Of a stretch of 64,000 nucleotides of DNA, positions 18,123 through 28,168 are shown piece by piece; positions within the stretch are counted from its first letter, which is position 1, and every line of letters begins with the position of its first letter. The position numbers and the translations under genes were made by a program. A model generated the notes under the pieces. That model worked only from the letters and a program-made list of their open reading frames with translations, ran no database searches and was not told where the DNA came from. Source of the DNA: Acidimicrobiia bacterium. Its GTDB lineage: Bacteria; Actinomycetota; Acidimicrobiia; Spongiisociales; UBA11373. Where the stretch lies: the NCBI GenBank assembly GCA_040878325.1, contig JBBDMM010000002.1:1-64000 (forward strand), in the 5' to 3' direction.

Positions 18123-19640
18123 GTGGATGTCCGCTGGGCTGCACTCGGCGAGGGAGGTCGTCCGATCTACCTCTACGAGAAGGACCGGACCACGAAGTTC
18201 CGCCAGGTGCTGTGGGGCGACTACCTGCGCATCGAGGACGAGGTCTCCGGCGGGTGGCTCAAAGTGATCTGGGCCCCCACGTCGCCCGATCCGCCCGAGG
18301 TGTACATCAGAAAGTCGGACACGGTTGAGCGGCGCCCCCTCGAGGTGATCTTCGTCGACGTCGGCCAGGGCGACGGCGCGGTCCTCATCACCCCGGAGAC
18401 GGGGGCCAAGGAGCGGGTTCTGGTCATCGATGCCGGCGAGGGAAACCACATGGGCAACTTCCTCAACGGCCGCTTCGGCTCGTACCGGACTGGATTCGAC
18501 TTTCACGCCGCGGTGATCACCCATCCCGACAGCGACCATTACCAGGGGTTCCGTCCGCTGTTTTCCAACCACAAGGTCGGGTTCGGGACGGTCTATCACA
18601 ACGGACTGGTGGAGCGCCCGGTCTCGGGGACATGGGACAAGCTGGGCGGGCTCTCCCCAAAGGACCCGGCCACCGGGCGGCAGTACCTGACCCAACTGGC
18701 CATCGACGACGCCGTCATCCAGGCGGAGTTCTCCAACGAGCAGGTGAACGGGACGAAGCTGTTCCCCCAGACGATGTTCGCCGCCCTGAAGAATCCCAAG
18801 GTGAAGCAGTTCCGCATGCTGTCCACCGCCCACGGCGACCACCAGGGGGGCAAGACCTACATGCCCGAGTTCGCCCCCTCCGATGGGAGGGGCTACACGA
18901 TCGAGGTGCTCGGACCCGTGGTCGAGGCCGGCCCCGGTGGCGCGCCACGGCTGAGACGGCTAGGCGACTACGGGGAGACCAAGAACGGCCATTCGGTGCT
19001 GCTCAAGCTGCGCTACGAAGGCCTCCAGCTCCTATTCGGCGGCGACCTGAACCGGCGGGCCGAGGAGTTCCTCTTGATGCACTACGCCGGGATCGACTCC
19101 TTCCCCGACCCCGGCACTCAGGCCTACGCCGACATGATCACGGATGCATCCAGCACCTTCCGCTGCGACGTGCTCAAGGTGTGCCATCACGGGTCAGCCG
19201 ATGCGACCGACGCCTTCCTGGCCGCGGTCAACCCTGCCGCCTTCGTCATCTCCTCGGGGGACCAAGAGGGGCACGTACACCCCCGGCCCGATCTGCTCGG
19301 CCGGTTGGGGCGATTCGGCCGGGGTCCGGCCCCGGTGCTGCTCTCCACCGAGTTGCAGAGGTCCACCCGGGAGCGCGCCGACCGGGAGCTGGTCGAGGAC
19401 CTGGAGCGGGACATCGAGACCCTGGCCGCCCAGCCCTCGGTGGAGCTGCGCGACAGCATCACCAACCGCGTCGGCGAACTGGCCCGGACCAACGTGGATG
19501 TCTGGGGGGCGATCTACCTCAAGACCGACGGGGAGCGGCTCATCACGGCCTTCAAGATCGAGTCGGGCAGTCCGGTGAAACGCTGGTTCTACTTCGAGTA
19601 CGCCTTCGACGAAACCGGCCAGCTCGTGCTGGTGGAGTGA
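18123..19640 (+). CDS. MBL-fold metallo-hydrolase, ComEC/Rec2-like
   Basis: DVGQGD, THPDSDH, GD, KVCHHGS, HVHP motifs. Confidence 0.85.
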   Translation: MDVRWAALGEGGRPIYLYEKDRTTKFRQVLWGDYLRIEDEVSGGWLKVIWAPTSPDPPEVYIRKSDTVERRPLEVIFVDVGQGDGAVLITPETGAKERVLVIDAGEGNHMGNFLNGRFGSYRTGFDFHAAVITHPDSDHYQGFRPLFSNHKVGFGTVYHNGLVERPVSGTWDKLGGLSPKDPATGRQYLTQLAIDDAVIQAEFSNEQVNGTKLFPQTMFAALKNPKVKQFRMLSTAHGDHQGGKTYMPEFAPSDGRGYTIEVLGPVVEAGPGGAPRLRRLGDYGETKNGHSVLLKLRYEGLQLLFGGDLNRRAEEFLLMHYAGIDSFPDPGTQAYADMITDASSTFRCDVLKVCHHGSADATDAFLAAVNPAAFVISSGDQEGHVHPRPDLLGRLGRFGRGPAPVLLSTELQRSTRERADRELVEDLERDIETLAAQPSVELRDSITNRVGELARTNVDVWGAIYLKTDGERLITAFKIESGSPVKRWFYFEYAFDETGQLVLVE

Positions 19641-19662
19641 CGGTCGGTTGACCTCGGGGGCG

Positions 19663-19846
19663 GACCGTCGTCTGTTCGGCCCGAAGGGCCGAAGTCGGCC
19701 CCGGGAATCAACAGGGTGGACCTAACAGGACGCGAACTACGCGATCACGGCCACGGCGGGGCTGGGGTCCCCGCTCGTGGAGGAGGGCCGACCGGCGTCT
19801 GTTCGGCCCGAAGGGCCGAAGTCGGCCCGGGAACGAACAGGGTGGA
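19663..19846. repeat. Direct repeat of about 57 bp (19663-19720 and 19790-19846) covering the tRNA-Ala 3' end and trailer
   Basis: CGTCTGTTCGGCCCGAAGGGCCGAAGTCGGCCC...AACAGGGTGGA in both copies. Confidence 0.9.
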
Positions 19847-19916
19847 GGTGAGGGGATTTGAACCCCTGGCTTCTTCCGTGCGAGGGAAGCGCTCTGCCGG
19901 GCTGAGCTACACCCCC
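19843..19916 (-). tRNA. tRNA-Ala(CGC)
   Basis: GGGGGTG/CACCTCC acceptor with G3:U70; CTTCC-CT CGC AC-GGAAG; GGTTCAAATCC. Confidence 0.96.
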
Positions 19917-19966
19917 ATGAGAGACATGGATCATCTGGTCTCAGGAGACGCTGATAGTAAAGGGTT

Positions 19967-20056
19967 CGCGATGCGCGATGCGCGGTGCGCGGCGCCCCAC
20001 AGGTCTCCTGCGTCGATGCACCCTGCGTCGCGTTGCGCATTGCGTATCGCGCATTG
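19967..20056. repeat. Inverted pair of degenerate (GCGATGC) heptamer arrays
   Basis: cgcgatgcgcgatgcgcggtgcgc ... cgttgcgcattgcgtatcgcgcattgc. Confidence 0.75.
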
Positions 20057-20077
20057 CTCTTCGCCCCGGTAGCCGCT

Positions 20078-22021
20078 CTACTCCTCGTACTGCGCCTTCA
20101 GTCTTTCCACCACGCCTGGGTCCGCCAGCGTCGTGGTGTCTCCCGCGGCGCGGCCCTCGGCGATGTCTTTGAGGAGCCGGCGCATGATCTTCCCCGACCG
20201 GGTCTTGGGGAGCTCGGCGGTGAACATGATCGACGACGGACGGGCGATGCCGCCGATCTTGTCCACGACATGCTCCATCAGCTCGTCGCGGAGCGCGTCG
20301 TTCGTCTCCACCCCCTCCTTCACCGTGACGAAGGCGGCGATCGCCTGACCCTTGACCTCGTCGGCTCGGCCCACCACTGCCGCCTCGGCGACCGAGGGGT
20401 GGTCGACCAACGCACTCTCCACCTCCATAGTCCCGATGCGGTGCCCGGCGACGTTGAGGACGTCGTCGACCCGGCCGAGGATCCAGTAGTAGCCGTCCTC
20501 GTCGCGCTTGGCGCCGTCGCCCGGGAAGTACACGCCGTCCCACCGCGACCAGTAGGTCTGCTGGAACCGTTCATCGTCGCCCCAGATGGTCCGCAGCATC
20601 CCCGGCCAGGGGCTGGTGATCGCCAGGTACCCGGCACCCACCAGATCTCCCTGATCGCTGAGCACGGCCGCCGAGATCCCCGGGAACGGGGTGGTGGCGC
20701 TGCCCGGTTTGGTCTCGGTAACTCCGGGAAGCGGCGTGATCATGATGCCCCCGGTCTCGGTTTGCCACCAGGTGTCGACGATCGGGCACCGCTCGCCACC
20801 GATGTGCTCGTGATACCAAATCCAGGCCTCCGGGTTGATGGGCTCCCCCACCGTCCCGAGAAGCCGAAGAGTCGACAAGTCGCGCCGCGCCGGCCAGTCG
20901 GGGCCCCAGCGCATGAATGCCCGGATCGCGGTGGGGGCGGTGTAGAAGACCGTCACCCCATACTTCTCGATCAGCTCCCAGAAACGCCCGCGATCGGGCC
21001 AGTCGGGGGCACCCTCGTACATGAACACGGTCGCCCCGTTGGCCAGCGGTCCGTAGACGATGTAGCTGTGGCCGGTTACCCAGCCCACATCGGCCGTGCA
21101 CCAATACACGTCTTCATCCCGCAGGTCGAACACGAGCTTGGTGGTGGCATACACATGGGTGAGGTAGCCGCCGGTGGTGTGCACCACCCCCTTGGGCTTC
21201 CCGGTGGTGCCGGAGGTGTACAGGATGAACAGCACATCCTCGGCTCCCATTGCTTCGGGCGGGCACTCCCCCGACACGTCCTGCATCAGCTCGTGGTACC
21301 AGTGGTCACGGCTCGCCAGCATGTGCACCTGGGCCTCCTGGGCGAGCCGGCGCCGCACCACCACCACATGCTCGATGCTGGGGGTCTCGTCCAGGGCGCG
21401 ATCGGCGGTGTCCTTGAGCAGCACCACCTGCCCGCGGCGGTAGCCGCCATCGGCGGTCACCAGCACCTTGGCGGCGGCATCGATGATCCGATCCCGAAGG
21501 CTGTCGGCGCTGAAGCCCCCGAACACCACCGAGTGGATCGCCCCGATCCGGGTGCAAGCCAGCATGGCGATGGCGGCCTCGGGGATCATCGGCAGGTAGA
21601 TGGCAACCCGATCACCCCGCTCCACCCCGAGTCCTTTGAGCACGTTGGCGAACAGTGACACCTCGCGGTGGAGATCCCAGTAGGTGTAGGTCCGCACGTC
21701 GCCCGGTTCGCCTTCCCAAACGAGGGCGGCCTTGTTGCGGCGGGGTCCGGTGAGATGGCGATCGAGACAGTTGGCTGACACGTTGAGCGTGCCACCGTCG
21801 AACCACCGGGCATGGGGGGCGTCGCTCCAGTCGAGCACGGCGTCCCAGTCCTTCGACCATTCGAGTTCGCGGGCGTAGCGCGCCCAGAACGCCTCGGGGT
21901 CGGCGGATGCCTCGGCGTGGATGCTCGGGTCCGAGACGGTGGCCCGATCGGCGAACCCGGGTGGTGGGGGGAAGCGCCGCGACTCGTCGAGCAGTGCTTC
22001 CAGCCTCGGTTCCTCGGCCAT
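20078..22021 (-). CDS. acs: Acetyl-CoA synthetase
   Basis: [31 protein letters not shown]. Confidence 0.97.
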   Translation of the reverse strand: MAEEPRLEALLDESRRFPPPPGFADRATVSDPSIHAEASADPEAFWARYARELEWSKDWDAVLDWSDAPHARWFDGGTLNVSANCLDRHLTGPRRNKAALVWEGEPGDVRTYTYWDLHREVSLFANVLKGLGVERGDRVAIYLPMIPEAAIAMLACTRIGAIHSVVFGGFSADSLRDRIIDAAAKVLVTADGGYRRGQVVLLKDTADRALDETPSIEHVVVVRRRLAQEAQVHMLASRDHWYHELMQDVSGECPPEAMGAEDVLFILYTSGTTGKPKGVVHTTGGYLTHVYATTKLVFDLRDEDVYWCTADVGWVTGHSYIVYGPLANGATVFMYEGAPDWPDRGRFWELIEKYGVTVFYTAPTAIRAFMRWGPDWPARRDLSTLRLLGTVGEPINPEAWIWYHEHIGGERCPIVDTWWQTETGGIMITPLPGVTETKPGSATTPFPGISAAVLSDQGDLVGAGYLAITSPWPGMLRTIWGDDERFQQTYWSRWDGVYFPGDGAKRDEDGYYWILGRVDDVLNVAGHRIGTMEVESALVDHPSVAEAAVVGRADEVKGQAIAAFVTVKEGVETNDALRDELMEHVVDKIGGIARPSSIMFTAELPKTRSGKIMRRLLKDIAEGRAAGDTTTLADPGVVERLKAQYEE

Positions 22022-22065
22022 GGTCCCTCCTGACGGGCGACGCTAGACGCGCCCCGCCGACCGGG

Positions 22066-22688
22066 CTACCGCTCGAGTTGCTTCCGCAGCCGCTCCTGGA
22101 CGACGGTCGTAGTCAGATCCGATCGGCTTCGCTCGACCAGCGCCCGGGCGACGTCGGTGGTCCGCCGCAAGCCGCCGGTCATCCCATCCGGGTAGTCGAG
22201 CGCAGCCAGCAGTTCGACCACGGCGTCCATCGCATCGAGGGTTCGCTCCGCCTCTTCGAGGTCCCCCGACCGGAGAAGGTCGAGCATCCGCCGGCGCATC
22301 TCCCCCACCGCCTCACCGAGCCCATTGAGATAGGCGGGGACACCCACCCCCAGGTCGGCAGGGAGGGGGACCGCGCTCCTGCTGGCGAGGGCGGCGGTCA
22401 ACCGTGCCTCGGCGTACTCCTTGGCGGCGTCGTGGATGAATCCGGCGTGGAGGACATCCGGGTGGTCCGCCAGCACGTCGACCGCTCCGGCCAGCAGGGC
22501 GCCCGCCTCGTCCATGAGCGCTCGAGCCTCGGCGTCTTCACCCCGGTGAATGGAGCGAATGGCGTTCGCCGAAGCCCGAATCACCTTCCGCGAATCAGAC
22601 AGACCCTTCTCCCGGGCCCGGTACTTGTCGTCGAGTGCCTCGGAGACCGCGGCGCGTACCGAGTCGAGACCCCAGCCGGTGGGATCAC
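22066..22688 (-). CDS. Translin family (C3PO-like) protein; 5' end appears frameshifted
   Basis: AREK...IRASANAI..IHRG, KEYAEA, YLNGLGEAVGEMRR; first in-frame canonical start only at 22584. Confidence 0.8.
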
Positions 22689-22987
22689 CGGGGGACGACG
22701 CTGACCTCTTCCTCGTCGCCGAACTCCTGGCTGATGTAGCGGGGGTTCCCCTGGCCCTGTTTGATCTGGAGCAGCATGGCGATGTAGCCGGCCAAGATCA
22801 CATCGACGACGAGGTTGAGGATGAGGAACGGCACCGAGCCGGTGAAGAGGGCGAGCCCCAGTGTGAGCGGAACTGCCACCACCAACGCGATCAGTGCGAA
22901 GCGGCGACGGGACAACACCTGCTGACGGGCTGAGGAAGCCATCTGCCTCTGCTGGCGTGGCATGGGCTGCCTTCTCGGCTGGGTCAC
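22685..22987 (-). CDS. Small membrane protein resembling the GlpR/SepX TM hairpin
   Basis: RRR-TM-TM with D..L.GY..L; downstream of moeA operon. Confidence 0.6.
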   Translation of the reverse strand: MTQPRRQPMPRQQRQMASSARQQVLSRRRFALIALVVAVPLTLGLALFTGSVPFLILNLVVDVILAGYIAMLLQIKQGQGNPRYISQEFGDEEEVSVVPR

Positions 22988-23071
22988 GACGAGATCACTC
23001 TCCCAGGGTGAGGCGGGACACCCCGCCTCCCTCAGTATGGAAGATTAACTGCGCAAGGTGGCCTTCCACCG

Positions 23072-23545
23072 TCAATGGCTCGTCGATTCACCCCGGATCA
23101 GGGCAACGGCGTGGGCGAGGGCAGGCCCCACCACGGCGAGCGACTCTTCGACCGCCCGCGGGGATCCGGGCAGGTTGAGGATCAGGGTCCTGCCGGCGAT
23201 ACCGCTCACCCCCCGCGACAGCATGCCGTGGGGCAACTCACCGAACGTGGCAGCCCGCATCGCCTCGGACAAGCCAGGCGCCTCCCGCTCGATCACCAGC
23301 AGGGTCGCCTCCGGGGTCAGGTCACGGGGTGCCATCCCGGTGCCCCCGGTCGTGATCACCAGGGCGACCTCGTCGTCGACCGCGGCCTGAAGGGCGGCGG
23401 CCACCGATTCGACGCCATCCGGAATCACTCGCACCTCCGGTTCGAACCCGAGGTCGAGAAGCGCCGCGGCTGCCGCCGGACCCGAGAGGTCCGCGGCCTC
23501 TCCCCCGCTGACGCGATCCGACACGGTGAGCACCACCGCCCTCAC
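23072..23545 (-). CDS. mog: MogA/MoaB family molybdopterin adenylyltransferase
   Basis: LTVSD, TTGGTG, RDLTPEAT, NLPGSP; GTGA overlap with moaC. Confidence 0.9.
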   Translation of the reverse strand: MRAVVLTVSDRVSGGEAADLSGPAAAAALLDLGFEPEVRVIPDGVESVAAALQAAVDDEVALVITTGGTGMAPRDLTPEATLLVIEREAPGLSEAMRAATFGELPHGMLSRGVSGIAGRTLILNLPGSPRAVEESLAVVGPALAHAVALIRGESTSH

Positions 23546-24009
23546 CGTGACCAGTCCCCCGACTTTCCCCCCGACTTGGCCAGAAGCCGGATCGGGCCGA
23601 TCTCGGCAGACCGATCGATCGACTTGACCATGTCGTAGAGAGCGATTGCGCCGACCGCCACCCCGGTCATCGCCTCCATCTCCACCCCGGTGCGGCCCAC
23701 GGATTTGACGGTGACACTGATGCGCGCGCCGCCGGCGACCTCCTCGACTTCGGCCACGATTGAGGCAAGCGGGATCGGATGGCACAACGGGATCAGTTCG
23801 GCAGTCCGTTTGGCCCCTCCGATCGCGGCGATTCTCACGGTGGCGAGTCCGTCACCCTTCGCCAGGGTGCCGGCGAACAGTGCCTTCTGCGCGTCCGGCG
23901 AGAGGCTGACCACCCCCTCCGCCGTCGCCGCCCGTTGCGTCTCCGGCTTGGCGGAGACGTCGACCATCCACGCCCGACCGCGCTCATCGAGGTGACTCGA
24001 CTCAACCAC
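23542..24009 (-). CDS. moaC: Cyclic pyranopterin monophosphate synthase
   Basis: MVDVSAK, LIPLCHP, TGVEMEA, KSGGKSG. Confidence 0.96.
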   Translation of the reverse strand: MVESSHLDERGRAWMVDVSAKPETQRAATAEGVVSLSPDAQKALFAGTLAKGDGLATVRIAAIGGAKRTAELIPLCHPIPLASIVAEVEEVAGGARISVTVKSVGRTGVEMEAMTGVAVGAIALYDMVKSIDRSAEIGPIRLLAKSGGKSGDWSR

Positions 24010-25237
24010 CGAGGGCCTCCGCTCTCGTTCGGCGTTCCACACTCTTGAACCACTCGACCTCGACCCTATCGCCCACCGCGACCGAACCGACCCCGACCGG
24101 GACCACGGCGAAGGCATCGGCCGCGGCGAGCGCCGACAGCATGTTGGACGCCTGGCCACCGGCGAGTCGCACCACCTGTAGCGGGTCGCCGCCACTGACG
24201 ACGACGCGGAGGAACACCACCTTCTCGGCGTCCGTCTCCAACGCCTCCCCGGCCACTCCCAGCGACCGAGGGCGAAACAGCCGCCGCGACCCCATCCGGG
24301 CCAGGAGCGCGGGCCGCACGAACTGCTCGAAGGCCACCGTCACGGATACCGGATTACCGGGTAGCCCGAACAGGGGCGTCCCCCCGACAAACCCAAAGGC
24401 GAACGGCTTTGCAGGCTGCATCGCCACCCGCCAGAAATCGACGGTACCCAGGTCGGCGAGGACCTTCTTGACGAGGTCGTGCTCCCCCATCGACACCCCG
24501 CCGCTGGTCACGATCGCATCCGCCGCCTCGCCGGCCTTCTCGAGAGCGGTCCGCAGCGCCGCCTCGTCGTCGGGCACGATGCCGAGATCGATCACCTCCG
24601 CCCCGAGTTCGTCGAGCATCCCGATCAGCATGGGACGGTTCGAGTCGCGGATGGTGCCGGGGGCGAGCTCGGCGGTGGCCGCGCCAACGAGCTCATCTCC
24701 GGTCGACATCACCGCCACCGTGGGGCGGGCGATCACCATCGGCTCCGCGATCCCGATCGAGGCGAGCACACCGAGATGGGCGGGGGTCAGCCGCTCCCCC
24801 GACTCGAAGACCACCGCGCCCGCCTCGAGATCTCCACCGGCGGGCCGCACATGTGCACCGGGGGCCACGGCGGTCGACACTCGGACCCGGCCATGGCCCC
24901 CGTCGGTGTCCTCGACCATCACCACCGCGTCAGCACCGTCGGGGATCAGGGCCCCGGTCATGATGCGAGCCGCGGTACCCGGCCGGACAGCTCGCGCCGG
25001 CACCGAGCCGGCGGGGATGTCGTCGACGACTTCGAGTTCCACGGGACCGCCGGAGGTATCGGCGGCCACCACCGCGTAGCCATCCACCGCCGAGTTGGCG
25101 AAGGGGGGCACCGGATGCGGGGCCCGCACGTCGGCGGCGAGAGCCAAACCTGAGGCGTTCTCCAGCGCCACCGTCCGGGCGGGAAGCACCGACATCGCAT
25201 CGAGCACCGCGCGCTGCGCCGCGGGTAACGACCTCAC
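24002..25237 (-). CDS. moeA: Gephyrin-like molybdotransferase
   Basis: PPFANSAVDGYA, IMTGA, STGDEL, SGGVS, LPGNP. Confidence 0.95.
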   Translation of the reverse strand: MRSLPAAQRAVLDAMSVLPARTVALENASGLALAADVRAPHPVPPFANSAVDGYAVVAADTSGGPVELEVVDDIPAGSVPARAVRPGTAARIMTGALIPDGADAVVMVEDTDGGHGRVRVSTAVAPGAHVRPAGGDLEAGAVVFESGERLTPAHLGVLASIGIAEPMVIARPTVAVMSTGDELVGAATAELAPGTIRDSNRPMLIGMLDELGAEVIDLGIVPDDEAALRTALEKAGEAADAIVTSGGVSMGEHDLVKKVLADLGTVDFWRVAMQPAKPFAFGFVGGTPLFGLPGNPVSVTVAFEQFVRPALLARMGSRRLFRPRSLGVAGEALETDAEKVVFLRVVVSGGDPLQVVRLAGGQASNMLSALAAADAFAVVPVGVGSVAVGDRVEVEWFKSVERRTRAEALGG

Positions 25238-25824
25238 GCCGGCTCCTCGATGCCAAACTCGGAGCCGTCGAGCAGCCGCCGGATGTTGGCCTGATGGCGA
25301 ATCACGATCAGCACGACGATGGCCCCCGCCCAGACCAGCGCCCAGCCGCGGTGCCCGAACGCCGCCAACACGGGCACCAGGGAAACCGCCACGATGATCG
25401 ACGCGATCGATGCCTTCTTGGTGGCCGCCACCATCAGCGCCCAGGCGACGAGGAACCCCACTCCGGCCAGCGGCTCCAACCACACGATCACGCCTGCCGC
25501 CGCCGAGACCCCCTTCCCGCCGTGAAAGCGATGCCAGATCGGGAAGCAATGGCCCAGCACTGCAGCAAATCCTGAAGCGAAGCCCACCACCTCGCCCACC
25601 ACTAGTTCCCCGGCCATCGCCGCCACGAATCCCTTGGCGAGGTCGCCCACCACCACGGCACCCGCCATACCCCGCCCCATGCTCCTGAGCACGTTGCTGG
25701 CACCCGGATTTCCGCTGCCCTTCTCATAGATGTCGACGCCCCGGAGGCGCGGCAAGATCACGCCGAAGTCGACGCTGCCAAGGAGATAGCCGCCAAGGAC
25801 GACCGCGATGGTCTCGAATTCCAC
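25234..25824 (-). CDS. plsY: Glycerol-3-phosphate acyltransferase PlsY
   Basis: YLLGS, GSGNPGASN, GHCFP, GGKGV, RHQANIRRL. Confidence 0.94.
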   Translation of the reverse strand: MEFETIAVVLGGYLLGSVDFGVILPRLRGVDIYEKGSGNPGASNVLRSMGRGMAGAVVVGDLAKGFVAAMAGELVVGEVVGFASGFAAVLGHCFPIWHRFHGGKGVSAAAGVIVWLEPLAGVGFLVAWALMVAATKKASIASIIVAVSLVPVLAAFGHRGWALVWAGAIVVLIVIRHQANIRRLLDGSEFGIEEPA

Positions 25825-25874
25825 GGCCGTGAGTGTAGGAATTGGGCGCCGACGCCGGTCCCTAGGATGACCCG

Positions 25875-26621
25875 GTGCTAGGGGTGCTCGGCGGGTCAGG
25901 CTTCTACGAGTTCTTCGACGACCCGCAACCGCGGTCGATCGCCACGCCGTATGGTCCCCCAGCCGCCGACCCGGTTATCGGCGAAGTCGAAGGGGTCGAG
26001 GTCGCCTTCATCCCGCGCCACGGCCTCGACCATCAGTTCCCGCCGCACCTCGTCCCGTTCCGGGCGAACATCTGGGCTCTGAAAGAACTCGGGGTCGACC
26101 GGATCGTGTCGGCGAGCGCGGTCGGATCACTGCGTATCGACTACGCCCCCGGCCACTTCGCCATCCCCGATCAGATCGTCGACCGCACCTGGGGCCGCCC
26201 GTCGACCTTCCACGAGGGGCCCGAGACCCATCACTTGTCCTTCGCCGACCCCTACCACCATGGGTTGCGAGAAATCGCCCTCGACGGGATGCGATCCACC
26301 GGCGCAACGGTTCAGGACGGCGGGACCGTGGTCGTGGTGCAGGGACCTCGGTTCTCCACCCGTGCCGAGAGTGCCTCATTCGTCGCCTCCGGCTGGGATC
26401 TGATCAACATGACCCAGATGCCCGAGGCCTGCCTCGCCGGTGAGGCTGGCATCGCCCTGGTGAACATCAGCGTGATCACCGACTACGACGTGGGGATCGG
26501 AGACGGCCCTCCGGTGACTCACGAAGAGGTGATTCGCCGGTTCGGCGAGTCCGTGGGAACCCTCAAGGCCGGGCTCCGCAGCATGCTGCCTCGCATCGCC
26601 GGGTTGCCGCTGTCGTCCTAG
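25875..26621 (+). CDS. mtnP: S-methyl-5'-thioadenosine phosphorylase
   Basis: GGSG, TPYG, PRHG, ANIWALK, GPRFSTRAES, TDYD. Confidence 0.9.
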   Translation: MLGVLGGSGFYEFFDDPQPRSIATPYGPPAADPVIGEVEGVEVAFIPRHGLDHQFPPHLVPFRANIWALKELGVDRIVSASAVGSLRIDYAPGHFAIPDQIVDRTWGRPSTFHEGPETHHLSFADPYHHGLREIALDGMRSTGATVQDGGTVVVVQGPRFSTRAESASFVASGWDLINMTQMPEACLAGEAGIALVNISVITDYDVGIGDGPPVTHEEVIRRFGESVGTLKAGLRSMLPRIAGLPLSS

Positions 26622-26672
26622 CGCACGACAAGGGCCTTCCCGGACGGACCGCCCTGGGATACCTTCGAACCG

Positions 26673-27194
26673 ATGTACTGGCTACAACGGCCGCCCTATC
26701 TCCGTCGGGCGGCAGCCGCCCTCCTAGTCGTCGCCGCGATCGCGTGGGACCTGCGGGGATCATCAACCGAGGTCCATCCCTTCGCCGCCCGCCCGATCGC
26801 CGCCGGAGCAATGATCTCGGACGCCGACATCCGGTGGCGGCGTCTGCCGACAGGAGCCTTCGAGATACCGGAACTCGGCGACCGGGCGGCTGCCGTAGAC
26901 CTGGCTCCCGGTGAGCCCATCATCGGGGCGGTGCTCACTGCACCGGCACCCATCCCCGACGGTTGGTGGGCGGTTCCGGTGGAAGTGGGGCCTCACGCGA
27001 TTCCGGGCGACCCGGTGATGCTGGTGATCACCGACCCGCCGCTGACCATCGGCGGCATCGTGGTCAGCACCCAGCGGGGCGACCCGTACTCCCTCGACTA
27101 TCGCCCCGCCCTGGTGGCAGTGCCGGGAGAAGTCGCTCCCCTCGTCGCCGCGGCCGACCGGGCGGGTCTGCTGGTCGCCGCGACGAGGCCGTAG
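26673..27194 (+). CDS. SAF domain (CpaB-like) protein
   Basis: N-terminal TM, AARPIAAG...AAVDLAPGEPI. Confidence 0.65.
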   Translation: MYWLQRPPYLRRAAAALLVVAAIAWDLRGSSTEVHPFAARPIAAGAMISDADIRWRRLPTGAFEIPELGDRAAAVDLAPGEPIIGAVLTAPAPIPDGWWAVPVEVGPHAIPGDPVMLVITDPPLTIGGIVVSTQRGDPYSLDYRPALVAVPGEVAPLVAAADRAGLLVAATRP

Positions 27195-27241
27195 GGAGCA
27201 AAGAGCCGAGAGACGCCGCGAAAGAGGGTTACTCTCGGACC

Positions 27242-28003
27242 GTGATCGAATCCGCCTTGTGGGGACTCGTCCAGGGCCTCACCGAATTCCTCCCCATCTC
27301 CTCCAGCGGCCATTTGGTGCTGATCCCGGCGTTGCTGGGAATCGACGGGCCGGACCTGGCCACTTCGGCGATCCTCCACTTGGGAACCCTCACTGCCCTC
27401 CTCTGGTTCTACCGGCGGGACCTGTGGGGAATCGTCGCCTCGCCCAGGTCGCAACGCAGCCGCACCATCGTGATGCTGCTGGTGGTGGGGACGATCCCGG
27501 CGGCTTTGGTCGGGTTGACCCTCGAGACCCCCATCGAGGTGATCTTCTCGGAGCCCTGGATCGTGGCCATCTGCCTGATCGTCACCGGCGGGGTCCTCGC
27601 CCTGGCATCGCTACTCCCGGCCGGCACTCGCAGCGTCGAGGACGGGACGTGGCGCGATGCGCTGCTGGTGGGCGTTGCCCAGGCCTTCGCGCTGCTTCCC
27701 GGGATCAGCCGTTCGGGGATGACCATCACCGGCGGGCTGGCGTCAGGGTTCTCCCGGAAGGAGGCGGCACGACTGGCGTTCCTCCTGGGCATTCCCGCCA
27801 TCGCCGCCGCCGGCGGCCGAGAGACGCTGCGGATGATCGATCGGGGTGGCTTCGAACCGTCGCTTCTGTTGGGGATGGTCGTCGCCGCGGTCAGCGGCTA
27901 CCTGGCCATCTCCCTGCTGATCCGGCTGATCGAGCGAGTCGGCCTGATGCCGTTCGCGGCGTACTGCGTCCTCTTCGGGGCGTTCTCGTTCATCGCGCTG
28001 TAG
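27242..28003 (+). CDS. uppP: Undecaprenyl-diphosphatase
   Basis: QGLTEFLPISSSGH, PGISRSG. Confidence 0.95.
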   Translation: MIESALWGLVQGLTEFLPISSSGHLVLIPALLGIDGPDLATSAILHLGTLTALLWFYRRDLWGIVASPRSQRSRTIVMLLVVGTIPAALVGLTLETPIEVIFSEPWIVAICLIVTGGVLALASLLPAGTRSVEDGTWRDALLVGVAQAFALLPGISRSGMTITGGLASGFSRKEAARLAFLLGIPAIAAAGGRETLRMIDRGGFEPSLLLGMVVAAVSGYLAISLLIRLIERVGLMPFAAYCVLFGAFSFIAL

Positions 28004-28168
28004 GGCCGAGCTTTGCTCGGCCCGCAATTCGCAATTCGCAATTCGCAATTCGACCGATGGTCAAGCCGCATCGTGGAGATTGGCCGTTTCGCGTTGGACG
28101 CCTCTTTCTCGTTCTGGCTAATCGCCAAGGGCTAATCGCCTATCGCTGGGCTGAGCGGAGCGAAGCCC
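28000..28168. repeat. Two convergent REP-like hairpins (28003-28023 +, 28148-28168 -) with heptamer tails
   Basis: GGGCCGAGCTTTGCTCGGCCC-(GCAATTC)x4 and GGGCTTCGCTCCGCTCAGCCC-AGCGATAGGCGATTAG. Confidence 0.8.

Noticed and set aside
17178..21658. Long ORFs 17178-18842 (-) and 19985-21658 (+)
   Set aside because: Antisense shadows of well-supported genes, typical of high-GC DNA
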